Shown: piece after piece, positions 18,660 through 28,053 of the stretch
Position numbering within the stretch: the first letter of the stretch is position 1
How the letters are laid out: every line of letters starts with the position of its first letter
Virus record (IMG/VR): IMGVR_UViG_3300030110_003801
Span: 64,734 to 128,733 of that record
Source: a virus
Reading direction: 5' to 3' (one strand)
Length of the DNA stretch: 64,000 nt
The notes under the pieces: model-generated
The model's input: the letters and a program-made list of their open reading frames with translations, nothing else
Database searches by the model: none
Told to the model about the DNA's origin: nothing
Made by a program: the position numbers and the translations under genes

Positions 18660-19030
18660 AAAAGTTACAAATTACACAGCGTATGCACGAGAATTGGACG
18701 ACCAATTCCGGAGACGAGATTATACAAGGGAGGTTTTATGTTGTAATAGACAGGAAGCCAAACAAGATTAAACTAGCGGGTTTTGAGAACCATTGGGCAT
18801 TGGAGAACAGGTTTTCTATAGCCAATAAACAGGTGCAAGAAAAACTAACAGCTTTAATAAATAGTTTTGACGACCTGCAAAACTTTAGCCCAAGCGATAC
18901 CAACACGTCAGCTAGTAAAATACAAAGAGTTTGGGGATTGTCTGACGAATCTATGGCAAGTCTTTACGAGTGCATAAACTACATAAAGGATACAAAAGAA
19001 CAGGCTTTAATAGTTTGGGCAACATCGTAG
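18656..19030 (+). CDS. Hypothetical protein
   Basis: 124-aa ORF. Confidence 0.65.
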   Translation: MKKLQITQRMHENWTTNSGDEIIQGRFYVVIDRKPNKIKLAGFENHWALENRFSIANKQVQEKLTALINSFDDLQNFSPSDTNTSASKIQRVWGLSDESMASLYECINYIKDTKEQALIVWATS

Positions 19031-19034
19031 TGTT

Positions 19035-19568
19035 ATGACATACGGAGATATAAGTTTTGTTGCAAGCAAAATATGCGACGAGTTTGACATGCCCTTACAA
19101 GATGTACTTCACAAAAGAAGTAGAAAGCATCAAATAGTAAGGGCTTTTGTTTCCTACTATGGTATCATGCACACAGACCTAAAGTATAAAGACTTTAATG
19201 TTAAGTTAGGTGAAGTGTTTACAGATGGTACTGTGAGGCGACAAGAGAAAACAGGTAAGAAACTTTACAGAGAGTACTTTCGATTGAAGTACTTTAATTG
19301 GTACACGAGTAGTATGTTGCATTTGGATTGGTTCTTTAAACAGGAAGCGTCTAAATACTACGAGAAAGAAATGAAGTTAGGGCGAGGTATTCTACCCCCT
19401 AAATACCCATACAACGACGAGCCTATTGGCATAGTCAATGATTCGGGAGAAACTATAGTTACAAGCTATAAGAGAAACAAGGTCAAGTCTACTTACCCAA
19501 GTGGTCTTGGCGTACACAAAAGAACAGCGTCTAGGAAATACCTAGAACAAATTAAATTAAAAAAGTAA
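19035..19568 (+). CDS. Hypothetical protein, N-terminus reminiscent of a DnaA C-terminal HTH
   Basis: ICDEFDM...SRKHQIVRAFVSY pattern; weak. Confidence 0.55.
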   Translation: MTYGDISFVASKICDEFDMPLQDVLHKRSRKHQIVRAFVSYYGIMHTDLKYKDFNVKLGEVFTDGTVRRQEKTGKKLYREYFRLKYFNWYTSSMLHLDWFFKQEASKYYEKEMKLGRGILPPKYPYNDEPIGIVNDSGETIVTSYKRNKVKSTYPSGLGVHKRTASRKYLEQIKLKK

Positions 19569-20854
19569 TGCTTATGAAAAAGATTAACTCAGAATACTTG
19601 AGAGAAGTATTAAGCGTAAACACATGCTCCAATAGAGAGGAGCAAATGGTTGCTTTCCTTACGCATCAACTATCTGTTTGGGCATCAAACGCAGTAGTCG
19701 AACACACTAAGGACGGCAACATATTAGTAACAAAAAAGCAAACAGATTTCACAGGCTACCTTCCCTGTGTTGTAGCTCACATGGATACAGTACACGACAT
19801 ATACCCGGGCTTTAAAGTTCGTGAGGTAGATGGTAAACTGTTTGCTGTTCAGAACTATGGAAAGAAAAACGTATCTAAGGCGGGTATTGGGGGAGACGAC
19901 AAGGTTGGCGTATTCATAGCCCTAGAAATGCTTAAGACGTTTGACAATATAAAGGTTGCCTTCTTTACTAACGAAGAGATTGGCTGTATTGGTAGTAATG
20001 CGGTGGACTTAGATTGGTTCAATGATACAGCTTTCGTACTACAGGGCGATCGGAGGGGTAACAACGAGATTATTTATTCAGACATGAATGGCGTTGTAGC
20101 TTCAGACGAGTTTATAAATGACACAAAGCCAATAGCTACCAAACACGGCTATGTATTTAGCGACCAAGGTTCTTACACTGACGCAACTACAATGTCGAGT
20201 AACGGGCTGTGTGTATCAGCATACAACATTGCTTGTGGTTACTACAGTGCGCACACTATTGACGAGTACGTAGTAATATCAGATGTAGAAAAATCTTTGA
20301 ATCTGTTTGTTGACATCATTCAACACCTTACCGTTGACAGCAACAAGCAGTACTTACACGAAAACAAGCAAGACTATTACACCAATGGATACTATGACGA
20401 TTGGTATGGAGGGTACTACAATGATAACTTTTCATCATCAGTAGACACAGGGACATCAGTAGTTAAGTTGCCCCTAAAACAAGCAGAGAGAGATTTCCTA
20501 AAAGATACGTATGGAGATTGCGTGAATCATTGTTCAGATGAAGAGCTTATAAATTGGTATAGCGACGACATTGAATTGATGCGAATCGACAACGGAGAGG
20601 ATGTTATAGAATCTGTAAACACCGAGGATGTAGACGGCTTTAAAATAGAAGGTGGGTTCTTTATATATGGAAACCACAAAGTACACTTACCTAGCGAAAT
20701 AAAATGCTGTGTGTGTAGTGGTGGTAAAGCAATCAAGTACTTAGAGGAAGAGCCAAAGAGCCAAGCAGATTATCAATTAGAATACGTGTGTCAGTCTTGT
20801 GGAGAGATACTTGTTGACGAGTACACACTAATGGATTACTTAGACGAATTATAA
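19568..20854 (+). CDS. M20/M28-family Zn metallopeptidase 1 with C-terminal Zn ribbon
   Basis: AHMDTV, GGDDKVG, NEEIG, DRRG, YYSAHT; CCVC...CQSC. Confidence 0.85.
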   Translation: MLMKKINSEYLREVLSVNTCSNREEQMVAFLTHQLSVWASNAVVEHTKDGNILVTKKQTDFTGYLPCVVAHMDTVHDIYPGFKVREVDGKLFAVQNYGKKNVSKAGIGGDDKVGVFIALEMLKTFDNIKVAFFTNEEIGCIGSNAVDLDWFNDTAFVLQGDRRGNNEIIYSDMNGVVASDEFINDTKPIATKHGYVFSDQGSYTDATTMSSNGLCVSAYNIACGYYSAHTIDEYVVISDVEKSLNLFVDIIQHLTVDSNKQYLHENKQDYYTNGYYDDWYGGYYNDNFSSSVDTGTSVVKLPLKQAERDFLKDTYGDCVNHCSDEELINWYSDDIELMRIDNGEDVIESVNTEDVDGFKIEGGFFIYGNHKVHLPSEIKCCVCSGGKAIKYLEEEPKSQADYQLEYVCQSCGEILVDEYTLMDYLDEL

Positions 20855-20872
20855 AACATAAAACCGTGAATT

Positions 20873-22588
20873 ATGAGAATAGAAATTTCAGAAGACTTAA
20901 AAGAAAAACTTAAGTCACTAGACAACAACGTTGTAAAACTTCTGTTTTGCAATAACAAAAAAGAATTTTTAGCACCCAATCCTGTAGTTATAATTAAATC
21001 CTATGTAGATGAGTCAGGAAACAACAACGATGGATATGTTACCATAATTAAAGAAGACAATAGGTCTGCCAACATGAAACTATCAAGAATCTTTAAGCAT
21101 GTTTTCAATAAGGATTTTTACAGTAATTTACTATCATCAGATATCGAACAAGCTAACAACGATTTTGTTTCTTTGTGTGCTACACACGTCTTTAAAGTTG
21201 TTAGTAATGTTAGACTGTTTTACGAAGAGTCGTCATACTATGGTTATGGTACATCTATTCAAGACGACAGGACAGGTACTCTTTGGAAGTCTTGTATGCG
21301 AAACAATATGCACAACTGTGGACAGTTTTTTGAGTGCAACCCGTCTATAAAACTACTTGTTAAGCTAAAAAACGACAAGGTTGTTGGTAGGGCGTTGCTT
21401 TGGCAGAGGGTTTTGTGTAACGACACAGGAAAAGAGTTTGACTTCATGGACAGAATATACACCGTTTATGACCACGATGTAAAAGCGTTTAAAGATTGGG
21501 CGCAAGATAATGGTTATTGCCGAAAAGAATTTCAAACGTATGAAGACCTAGTTGATTTTATTGATGAAAAAGGAAGTCATTTTAAGGTTCGTAACGCTTC
21601 TGTAGATATAAAAAACTATGACCCATACGACTACACAGATGAAAGAGGCATACCCTACTTCGATACGTTTATGTATGTAAATAACAATAATACCTTGTCT
21701 AACTACATAAACAAACACTCTGCTTTTGAAGCTAGAGACCCCGAAGGTCATAAGACTATTTTAGAAACAGCAGATTACAAGAAGTCGGGGGTTTACATGA
21801 ACACTCAATTTATGAGATACATTGATTCTACTAATCGTTGGGTATTAGAAAACGAATCTGTATGGGTACCAAGCGCATCTTGTTATGAAGAGATAGAAAA
21901 CGTTACGCACCTTGATGGAGAGGCGTACAGAACAAAAGATATTAAGTTTTCTAACATATACAAAAAAGACATACCTATAATTAATGGAGCTTTTTACTGT
22001 GAAGCGTCAGAGTCTTGGTTGCTTAGTAAGGACGGTGTACACGTAGGAGATAGGTTCATTTGGAAGGAAGCCGCACGTTGGTCTCACGCACAACAATGCT
22101 ACATAGAAGGCATAAAATCCCAAAACATACACTTTCTTGCTAACAAAACAAACGACGTTATAGAGAAAAATTTGTATGTAGAATTAAGAAAAAAGTATAT
22201 AAACTTTAGGATAACAACTGAGTTTATTCACGACATACTTAACTTCTCTTTTGGCAAGGTAATACCATTCAATACCGAAATGGCTTTAAACAAACACGCT
22301 AGGCACTTGTTTTTTCCACCATTATTTTTCTTGAGAGGGCTTCAAGACCTACATAATTGTAGCCCTAGCTTTTTTGATAAGTGCTATAAGCGTGAATCGT
22401 TTGATAATTCAGACTACCATAAAGAATCTTTTAGAGAAGACCTTGGTTGGATAAAAAAGTCATCCGAAATAATTGACAAGAATAATACAATACTTTATTT
22501 GTTTATGGACTTAGCTAATAACAGAGGGTTTCAAGTTGAGAACGCAGATGAGTTGTATAAAGAAAGTAATAACATTTTAATTAAATAA
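20873..22588 (+). CDS. SCM/DRIY-motif protein, paralog 2
   Basis: MKLSRIF, LWKSCM, GRALLW, MDRIY, IPYFDTF. Confidence 0.8.
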   Translation: MRIEISEDLKEKLKSLDNNVVKLLFCNNKKEFLAPNPVVIIKSYVDESGNNNDGYVTIIKEDNRSANMKLSRIFKHVFNKDFYSNLLSSDIEQANNDFVSLCATHVFKVVSNVRLFYEESSYYGYGTSIQDDRTGTLWKSCMRNNMHNCGQFFECNPSIKLLVKLKNDKVVGRALLWQRVLCNDTGKEFDFMDRIYTVYDHDVKAFKDWAQDNGYCRKEFQTYEDLVDFIDEKGSHFKVRNASVDIKNYDPYDYTDERGIPYFDTFMYVNNNNTLSNYINKHSAFEARDPEGHKTILETADYKKSGVYMNTQFMRYIDSTNRWVLENESVWVPSASCYEEIENVTHLDGEAYRTKDIKFSNIYKKDIPIINGAFYCEASESWLLSKDGVHVGDRFIWKEAARWSHAQQCYIEGIKSQNIHFLANKTNDVIEKNLYVELRKKYINFRITTEFIHDILNFSFGKVIPFNTEMALNKHARHLFFPPLFFLRGLQDLHNCSPSFFDKCYKRESFDNSDYHKESFREDLGWIKKSSEIIDKNNTILYLFMDLANNRGFQVENADELYKESNNILIK

Positions 22589-22590
22589 TT

Positions 22591-23589
22591 ATGAATTTAG
22601 AATCACACAAAAGAAAAGAACTACAGATACTTTTTGAATTGTTCAAAATAAACTCTCCTTCGGGAAAAGAACAAGCAGTAAAAAAGTACGTGAAAAACAT
22701 TTGCAAGATGTTTAAAATAAATTGCAAGACAGATAAAAAAGGAAATCTATACCTTAAAAAGGGTAGAGGAGTTAGACCTTGTTTGGCGGCTCACTTAGAT
22801 ACCGTGTTTACAGACAAGCCTATCATTACACCTGTTGTTGTAAACAGCACTACTATAATTGGTTACGACACTAAAGGTAATGAGCAATGTGGCTTAGGCG
22901 CAGACGATAAGGTTGGAGTGTTCATTGTGCTTAGAGCTATGCTTAAGTACAAGAACATCAAAGCTGTTTTGACGGTTGAAGAGGAGACGGGTTGCCTTGG
23001 AGCTAAAGAAATAAATTTAGATTTCTTTCAAGATGTCGCATACGTATTACAGGCAGACAGGAAAGGGTATGGAGATTTTGTAACGATAGCTTCAAACTCA
23101 AGATACTCAGACATAGTTTTATGTAGTAAAGAGTTTGAAGATGGGTGTAAACCTATTATATCCAAGTATGGCTTTAAGCAAACAGATGGCGGTTCAACAG
23201 ATGTTGTTATGTTCAAGGAATTAGGTATGGATATATCTGTCGTCAATATGTCTTGTGGATACTATGACGCACACGAAGAGACAGAATACATCAACCCTGA
23301 AGAGGTGCTAAACACACTGAAGATGACCTTTGATGTTATAGATAACTTACCCTTAAAAAGGTATACGCACAAAGCAACACTTAAGAAAACTACCTACAGT
23401 TATAATGGGTATTCAAGCAAGGCTTCATGGGGTACTTCATCATGGGGTAAATCAAGCGGAAACTACAAAAGCTCAAAGGCTAGTAGTGCTAAAAGAAATA
23501 CGTGGACGAACTACCACAGCCTTCAGCAGATATCAAACACTATGAACTCAAAAGTTTCAAGACCAATACCAAAATCACTCCCTTTTTAA
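22591..23589 (+). CDS. M20/M28-family Zn metallopeptidase 2
   Basis: SPSGKE, AHLDTV, GADDKVG, EEETG, DRKG, YYDAHE. Confidence 0.88.
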   Translation: MNLESHKRKELQILFELFKINSPSGKEQAVKKYVKNICKMFKINCKTDKKGNLYLKKGRGVRPCLAAHLDTVFTDKPIITPVVVNSTTIIGYDTKGNEQCGLGADDKVGVFIVLRAMLKYKNIKAVLTVEEETGCLGAKEINLDFFQDVAYVLQADRKGYGDFVTIASNSRYSDIVLCSKEFEDGCKPIISKYGFKQTDGGSTDVVMFKELGMDISVVNMSCGYYDAHEETEYINPEEVLNTLKMTFDVIDNLPLKRYTHKATLKKTTYSYNGYSSKASWGTSSWGKSSGNYKSSKASSAKRNTWTNYHSLQQISNTMNSKVSRPIPKSLPF

Positions 23590-23608
23590 TGCGATAAAGT
23601 GATAAAAA

Positions 23609-23872
23609 ATGTTTAACTTTAAACAAAAAACAATGGAACAAATCAATTACGAAAAACTTAGGAAGGCTTTTGATAACCTTCCTAAAGACTATGCAAAATT
23701 AGTTCAAGAAAAAATACCTAATGTGTCTAGTTCAAGGATACACAACATAAGAGCTTTGGCTTATAATGTAGATGAAAAAACATATAAGCCGGGTTCAAAA
23801 ACTATTAATGTTTTTATTGAGCTATTGAGAATATCAGAAGAGTACAAAAAGAATATGGATTTATTAAAATAA
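23609..23872 (+). CDS. Small helical protein, possible HTH
   Basis: LPKDYAKLVQEK..VSSSRIHNI; start may be ATG 23633. Confidence 0.55.
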   Translation: MFNFKQKTMEQINYEKLRKAFDNLPKDYAKLVQEKIPNVSSSRIHNIRALAYNVDEKTYKPGSKTINVFIELLRISEEYKKNMDLLK

Positions 23873-23877
23873 TTATT

Positions 23878-24372
23878 ATGTCAAAAGTAGAAGTATTAAG
23901 AAGATTACATAAAGATTTCAACCTAGATAAGAGCGACTTCTTTACATCAAAACAAGGATTTACTATCATCGTCCGTAGTGGTATAGAAAAAATACAATAC
24001 AAGCTCGGTCTAAAAGTTGAGTTTGAAGTTATATCCTGTGAAAAGGATTTCTGTTGCATTAAAGCAGTAGGTATTGCTCCCGACAGGATACCCATTCAAA
24101 CTTTTGGTTCGGCTATACATAGCGAATACGTTGACATCAAAAAGAAAAACAAGGCAGGTAAAGAGTACATGTCTAAAGAGCTAAAGGGTTCTACAAACTC
24201 TTATTACGTTATGGAGATAGCAGAGAAGAGGGCGTTAGCTAGAGTAACTCTTAAAATGGCAGACCTGTATCAATTCAATGTATTTTCTGAAGATGAGAAT
24301 CCACAAGAAATGGGAGCCGCCCAAGGTGCTGTATTAGACAAATCGAGTTCAGCAGTAGCTCAAGCGTTTTAA
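23878..24372 (+). CDS. Conserved phage protein, possible single-strand annealing protein
   Basis: IIVRSGIEKI...EIAEKRALAR; lies near the YqaJ exonuclease; function is inference. Confidence 0.5.
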   Translation: MSKVEVLRRLHKDFNLDKSDFFTSKQGFTIIVRSGIEKIQYKLGLKVEFEVISCEKDFCCIKAVGIAPDRIPIQTFGSAIHSEYVDIKKKNKAGKEYMSKELKGSTNSYYVMEIAEKRALARVTLKMADLYQFNVFSEDENPQEMGAAQGAVLDKSSSAVAQAF

Positions 24373-24373
24373 A

Positions 24374-24694
24374 ATGGGAAAGCAAAAAGATTTATTCTTG
24401 AAAATATGGAAGACAAGAGAAAGAGTGTGTGTCTTGTGTGGTCAGCATTTAGGCATAGAACCAAGAGCGCACTACTTCTCTCATGTGTTATCAAAAGGTG
24501 CTTATCCTTACTACAAGCTAAACCCTGATAACATAGTGCTAAAGTGTATTCCTTGTCACACCTTATGGGAGACGGGAAGTACAGAAAAGAAAAAAGGACA
24601 CCGTGAATTAATTAAGTTAAAAGAGAAGTTAAAAAGAAAGTATTATGAAGACACTAACAAACTGTCGTCAAGCAAAAAAGATAAGCTATTCTGA
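24374..24694 (+). CDS. HNH/NinG-like endonuclease
   Basis: CVLCG...SH...NIVLKCIPCH. Confidence 0.8.
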   Translation: MGKQKDLFLKIWKTRERVCVLCGQHLGIEPRAHYFSHVLSKGAYPYYKLNPDNIVLKCIPCHTLWETGSTEKKKGHRELIKLKEKLKRKYYEDTNKLSSSKKDKLF

Positions 24695-25394
24695 CATTAA
24701 AGAAGATAACTTAATAACCCTTTTTGGTCTTGTTTTTAAAGTAATCAAAAAAGAAATAGACCTTACTGAACGGGAGTCGCTTTGGTGTTTATCACCTGTT
24801 GGTCATTTAGGTGACAAGCTAGAGCTAAATAATGTTTTCAACAAAGACACCGTAGAGTGTAAAAACAACGCTTGGTTTTACAGAGTTCTTACTAAGCCTG
24901 ACGACGAGTTCTATGTAGGCATAAACACCGAATACTCAGTAGACTGTGCAATGTCTGAAATAGACAGACATGGAAGGGTTTGGTTCAAAAAAAGACGGGA
25001 TTTAAAAAGAGCTATAAATGACTCTGTTGACTTGGTAAATAAAGAATACGTGCCTAAGTCTGTTTATTTCGGATATCTTTTAAGAGAGGTTAATAGCGAC
25101 AAAAAAAACGCCTTATCTAACATTATAAAAGATGCGTTTAAAAAACACTACAAATGTCGTAAAGTAAAAATAGTTATAGATTGTGGTAGGTGGGAATACT
25201 CAGAAGCGCACATGAACATCAATGTTTTTTGTGACACTAGAACATCAAAAGTGTTAACCCTATCTATACCTATATCTGTAAAGGAAGATTATTTAAGTAT
25301 CGCTTCTGACGAAAAGCTAACCTCTTTAGCATTAACTGAATTATTAAAAATTTTATTAAACAACTCAATATCAAATTTAGAAAACCATGTATAA
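24645..25394 (+). CDS. Hypothetical protein
   Basis: 249-aa ORF. Confidence 0.65.
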   Translation: MKTLTNCRQAKKISYSDIKEDNLITLFGLVFKVIKKEIDLTERESLWCLSPVGHLGDKLELNNVFNKDTVECKNNAWFYRVLTKPDDEFYVGINTEYSVDCAMSEIDRHGRVWFKKRRDLKRAINDSVDLVNKEYVPKSVYFGYLLREVNSDKKNALSNIIKDAFKKHYKCRKVKIVIDCGRWEYSEAHMNINVFCDTRTSKVLTLSIPISVKEDYLSIASDEKLTSLALTELLKILLNNSISNLENHV

Positions 25395-26379
25395 AATTGA
25401 CATTAACAAATTAAATCCAAACATAAACGTTACGGACGTTTCAGATTGGTCAAAGCAAAAATGGATTTCTCATCGTGTAAACGCCCTAGGTTGTTCCGAC
25501 TTAGGTACTGCTTTAGGGTTTAACCCTTGGTCTGAACCCGCTATTTTGTTTGCGCAAAAAGTAGGTATAATTCCTACAGGAACGGAAGACAATATGGCTA
25601 TGTTTATGGGTAGAGTAATGGAGCCTGTTATAGCAAACCTTTGGAAACATTGGGACATTAACGAACCCGATTGGTCAGAGTGTTCAAAAAACCTAGAATC
25701 AGGTATAGTCAAGAGAGAGCTTTATACTCCTAGTGTTTATGTTACTAACCCAAAGTATCCTTACTTAATGGGTGGTCCTGACGGTTTATTTATGCACGAA
25801 GGAAAATTAGCTGTTCTTGAAATCAAGACAATATCAAAGTATTCTGCCGACCAATACGAGTCCGGTATACCAACGTCTTACATATTTCAGATACACGGAT
25901 ACATGATGTTATTCGATGCTGACTATGCAGAGATAGCGTTACTACAAGACGGTAGGGAATTAACTGTAGTTCCTTTTAACAGAGACGAAAGGATTGTAAA
26001 GATAATAGAAGAGCAGTGTTCTAGGTTTTGGCAAAACATCCTTGTTGCTAGAGAGTTCTATCTTGACCAAAAAGACATTTCTCACTTAGAGCCTGAGCCA
26101 ACCGACACTAAAGTTTATGAGCAATTCTTACTTGATAGGTTTAAAGCTCAAGACGACTTAGAGGTTCCGTGTAGTAAGTCTGCTCAGTTTTGGATAGACA
26201 AGTTTATATCGTTTAGAAATAAGGAGAATGAAGCTGTAAACAGAAAGAGGTTTTACTCTAATAAGATAAAGTATTTTATGGGTGAGGCGACAAAGATTAC
26301 AGACATCGACGGTGCTAATGTAACTTGGAGAGCAACACGAGACGGTAAAAGCAGAAGATTTAACGCTAGAGAAATATAA
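25387..26379 (+). CDS. YqaJ/lambda-exonuclease family protein
   Basis: LGCSD, MGRVMEP, GGPDG, LEIKT, YIFQIHGYM. Confidence 0.9.
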   Translation: MYKIDINKLNPNINVTDVSDWSKQKWISHRVNALGCSDLGTALGFNPWSEPAILFAQKVGIIPTGTEDNMAMFMGRVMEPVIANLWKHWDINEPDWSECSKNLESGIVKRELYTPSVYVTNPKYPYLMGGPDGLFMHEGKLAVLEIKTISKYSADQYESGIPTSYIFQIHGYMMLFDADYAEIALLQDGRELTVVPFNRDERIVKIIEEQCSRFWQNILVAREFYLDQKDISHLEPEPTDTKVYEQFLLDRFKAQDDLEVPCSKSAQFWIDKFISFRNKENEAVNRKRFYSNKIKYFMGEATKITDIDGANVTWRATRDGKSRRFNAREI

Positions 26380-26385
26380 CAACAA

Positions 26386-26796
26386 ATGATTGACCTTAAA
26401 AATCAAATAGATTGGCTAGAGCATCAAACCTCTTACTTTAAAAAGCAGGCTAAAACAGGCAATATACAATCTAAAATTGATATTTATGAATCAATATTGG
26501 AGACGGTTAAAGGTGTCTATAAAAACGACACCACTGTCATCCAATCATTTGTAATACCAATTACGCTAGAACCTGTTGTTAAAATGCCTAAAGGTAAAAT
26601 AGTAGGAGTAAGTTGTTATAAAGATAAAGAGTTATACGTAACTGTAATGTTCGATAACAAAGACGACTTAATAGATAAAATGTTTTACGTTATACCTGAC
26701 GGAACAAAGATGAAAGATACGTCTAGCATTGGAGAGTTTTACGGAACTTTTCACGTAGATAAATTGGTTCACGTTTTTGAAAAATTATTTAATTAA
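26386..26796 (+). CDS. Hypothetical protein
   Basis: 136 aa; C-terminal FYGTF...LVHVFE. Confidence 0.65.
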   Translation: MIDLKNQIDWLEHQTSYFKKQAKTGNIQSKIDIYESILETVKGVYKNDTTVIQSFVIPITLEPVVKMPKGKIVGVSCYKDKELYVTVMFDNKDDLIDKMFYVIPDGTKMKDTSSIGEFYGTFHVDKLVHVFEKLFN

Positions 26797-26801
26797 AAAT
26801 T

Positions 26802-27137
26802 ATGGAAAAAAGAACAAGAAGGTCTAGGCATACATTTGTTTGGACAGATGAATTAGTTTTAGAGTTTGCAAAAATATCCATGAAGGGACCTTATGGTTCT
26901 TATAAAGGGTGTAAGTCTACTGAGCAAAAATTGATTAGATTTAAAGAGGTAGAACATAACAAGAATCTTGTTTGGGTAAAAGAAAACAAAGACTTTCTTA
27001 GCATAGCTCGTATAGAAAAAGACATTGGAATGCCTGAAACAACATTACTTAAAGCGGTTAATGGTATCCAACACTTCCCTAAAAAATGGGAGGCGGATTT
27101 AGATGATTTTGTTAGAAAATTTAGAAAGAAATATTAA
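26802..27137 (+). CDS. HTH-like protein, paralog A
   Basis: WVKENK.FL.I..IEK.IG.P..TL.KA..G....PKKW, shared with the next gene. Confidence 0.65.
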   Translation: MEKRTRRSRHTFVWTDELVLEFAKISMKGPYGSYKGCKSTEQKLIRFKEVEHNKNLVWVKENKDFLSIARIEKDIGMPETTLLKAVNGIQHFPKKWEADLDDFVRKFRKKY

Positions 27138-27139
27138 AG

Positions 27140-27328
27140 ATGGAAAACACGAAAAAGCAATTAATTGAATGGCTAAAGGAGAACAAGAAAATTCTCCATA
27201 TTAGGAACATAGAAAAAAGAATAGGAATACCCGACAGCACAATAGGAAAGGCGTTGTTAGGTACTAGGAATTTACCCGACAAATGGGTAGAGCCTTTAGA
27301 AAAATTTAGAACAACATTTAATACTTAA
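27140..27328 (+). CDS. HTH-like protein, paralog B
   Basis: WLKENK.IL.I..IEK.IG.P..TI.KA..G....PDKW. Confidence 0.65.
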   Translation: MENTKKQLIEWLKENKKILHIRNIEKRIGIPDSTIGKALLGTRNLPDKWVEPLEKFRTTFNT

Positions 27329-27334
27329 AAAAAA

Positions 27335-27526
27335 ATGAACCCAAGAGAATTTCAAGAAACACTCTATACAGAGATGAGAAACGCATTAGAATCGAACCCT
27401 TCAAAAATATCAAACAAGTCATTTTTGTGGCTATTAAAAGCAACTAGGGTTATGTTCCCTAATGACCAAGAATTTGGTAGGGAAGTGTCGAAACTTTTAA
27501 ACATTCACGTAATACAAAAGAGCTAA
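27335..27526 (+). CDS. Hypothetical protein
   Basis: 63 aa; FPNDQEFGREV. Confidence 0.6.
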   Translation: MNPREFQETLYTEMRNALESNPSKISNKSFLWLLKATRVMFPNDQEFGREVSKLLNIHVIQKS

Positions 27527-27531
27527 CTTTT

Positions 27532-27542
27532 TTGTATATTTG
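27532..27542 (+). promoter_or_regulatory. Promoter -7 element upstream of the SSB-like gene
   Basis: TATATTTG at 27535-27542 matches TAnnTTTG. Confidence 0.6.
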
Positions 27543-27586
27543 TGTCTATATTATTTGTATTTATTTAATTTAAAATTTGTTTTATT

Positions 27587-27901
27587 ATGGCTGAAAAAGA
27601 AGCTAAGCAGAGAATCGGAAGTGTTCAAACAGTACTAGGTAAGTTTGGACCATTTAAGAAAATTTCGTTAAACCTCAGTAACATGGGGAAAGTCTTTAAA
27701 AAAGACGGAAAACATTACCTAAAACTTGATGAGGTAGAGGGGTTTAATCCTTGGACTAACGCTGATGGAGAAACAATCTACTTCTTGAATTTGCTTATGA
27801 ATAGTTATGAGACTATTTCTACTGACAACTTCAAACCAAGTACTGAGTCTAGTAACTCAACAAGAAAGCAAGAAACAGTAAATGATGACTTGCCTTTCTA
27901 A
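27587..27901 (+). CDS. Putative single-stranded DNA-binding protein
   Basis: Small beta-rich protein with a disordered linker and a DDLPF C-terminus, in the replication module. Confidence 0.6.
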   Translation: MAEKEAKQRIGSVQTVLGKFGPFKKISLNLSNMGKVFKKDGKHYLKLDEVEGFNPWTNADGETIYFLNLLMNSYETISTDNFKPSTESSNSTRKQETVNDDLPF

Positions 27902-27924
27902 TAATAATATGTATCTTTAAGATA

Positions 27925-27998
27925 CGAAATGCTTATTTTGCTACTCTGCAAAATTAATTCACGGTTAAGAACGCTTCTTTTTTAAGGAGCGTTTTTTT
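27925..27998 (+). ncRNA. Small RNA candidate: hairpin, 12-nt seed, terminator
   Basis: Stem ATTTTGC/GCAAAAT, unpaired TAATTCACGGTT (27955-27966) complementary to 16769-16780 and 20862-20873, then an intrinsic terminator; 5' end is approximate. Confidence 0.55.
27970..27998 (+). terminator. Intrinsic terminator
   Basis: AACGCTTCTT-TTTT-AAGGAGCGTT followed by TTTTT. Confidence 0.85.
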
Positions 27999-28053
27999 AT
28001 TCTAAAAACTTTTGCATATTTTAGTAGGAACGTGAATTTTTAAATCAATCTTA

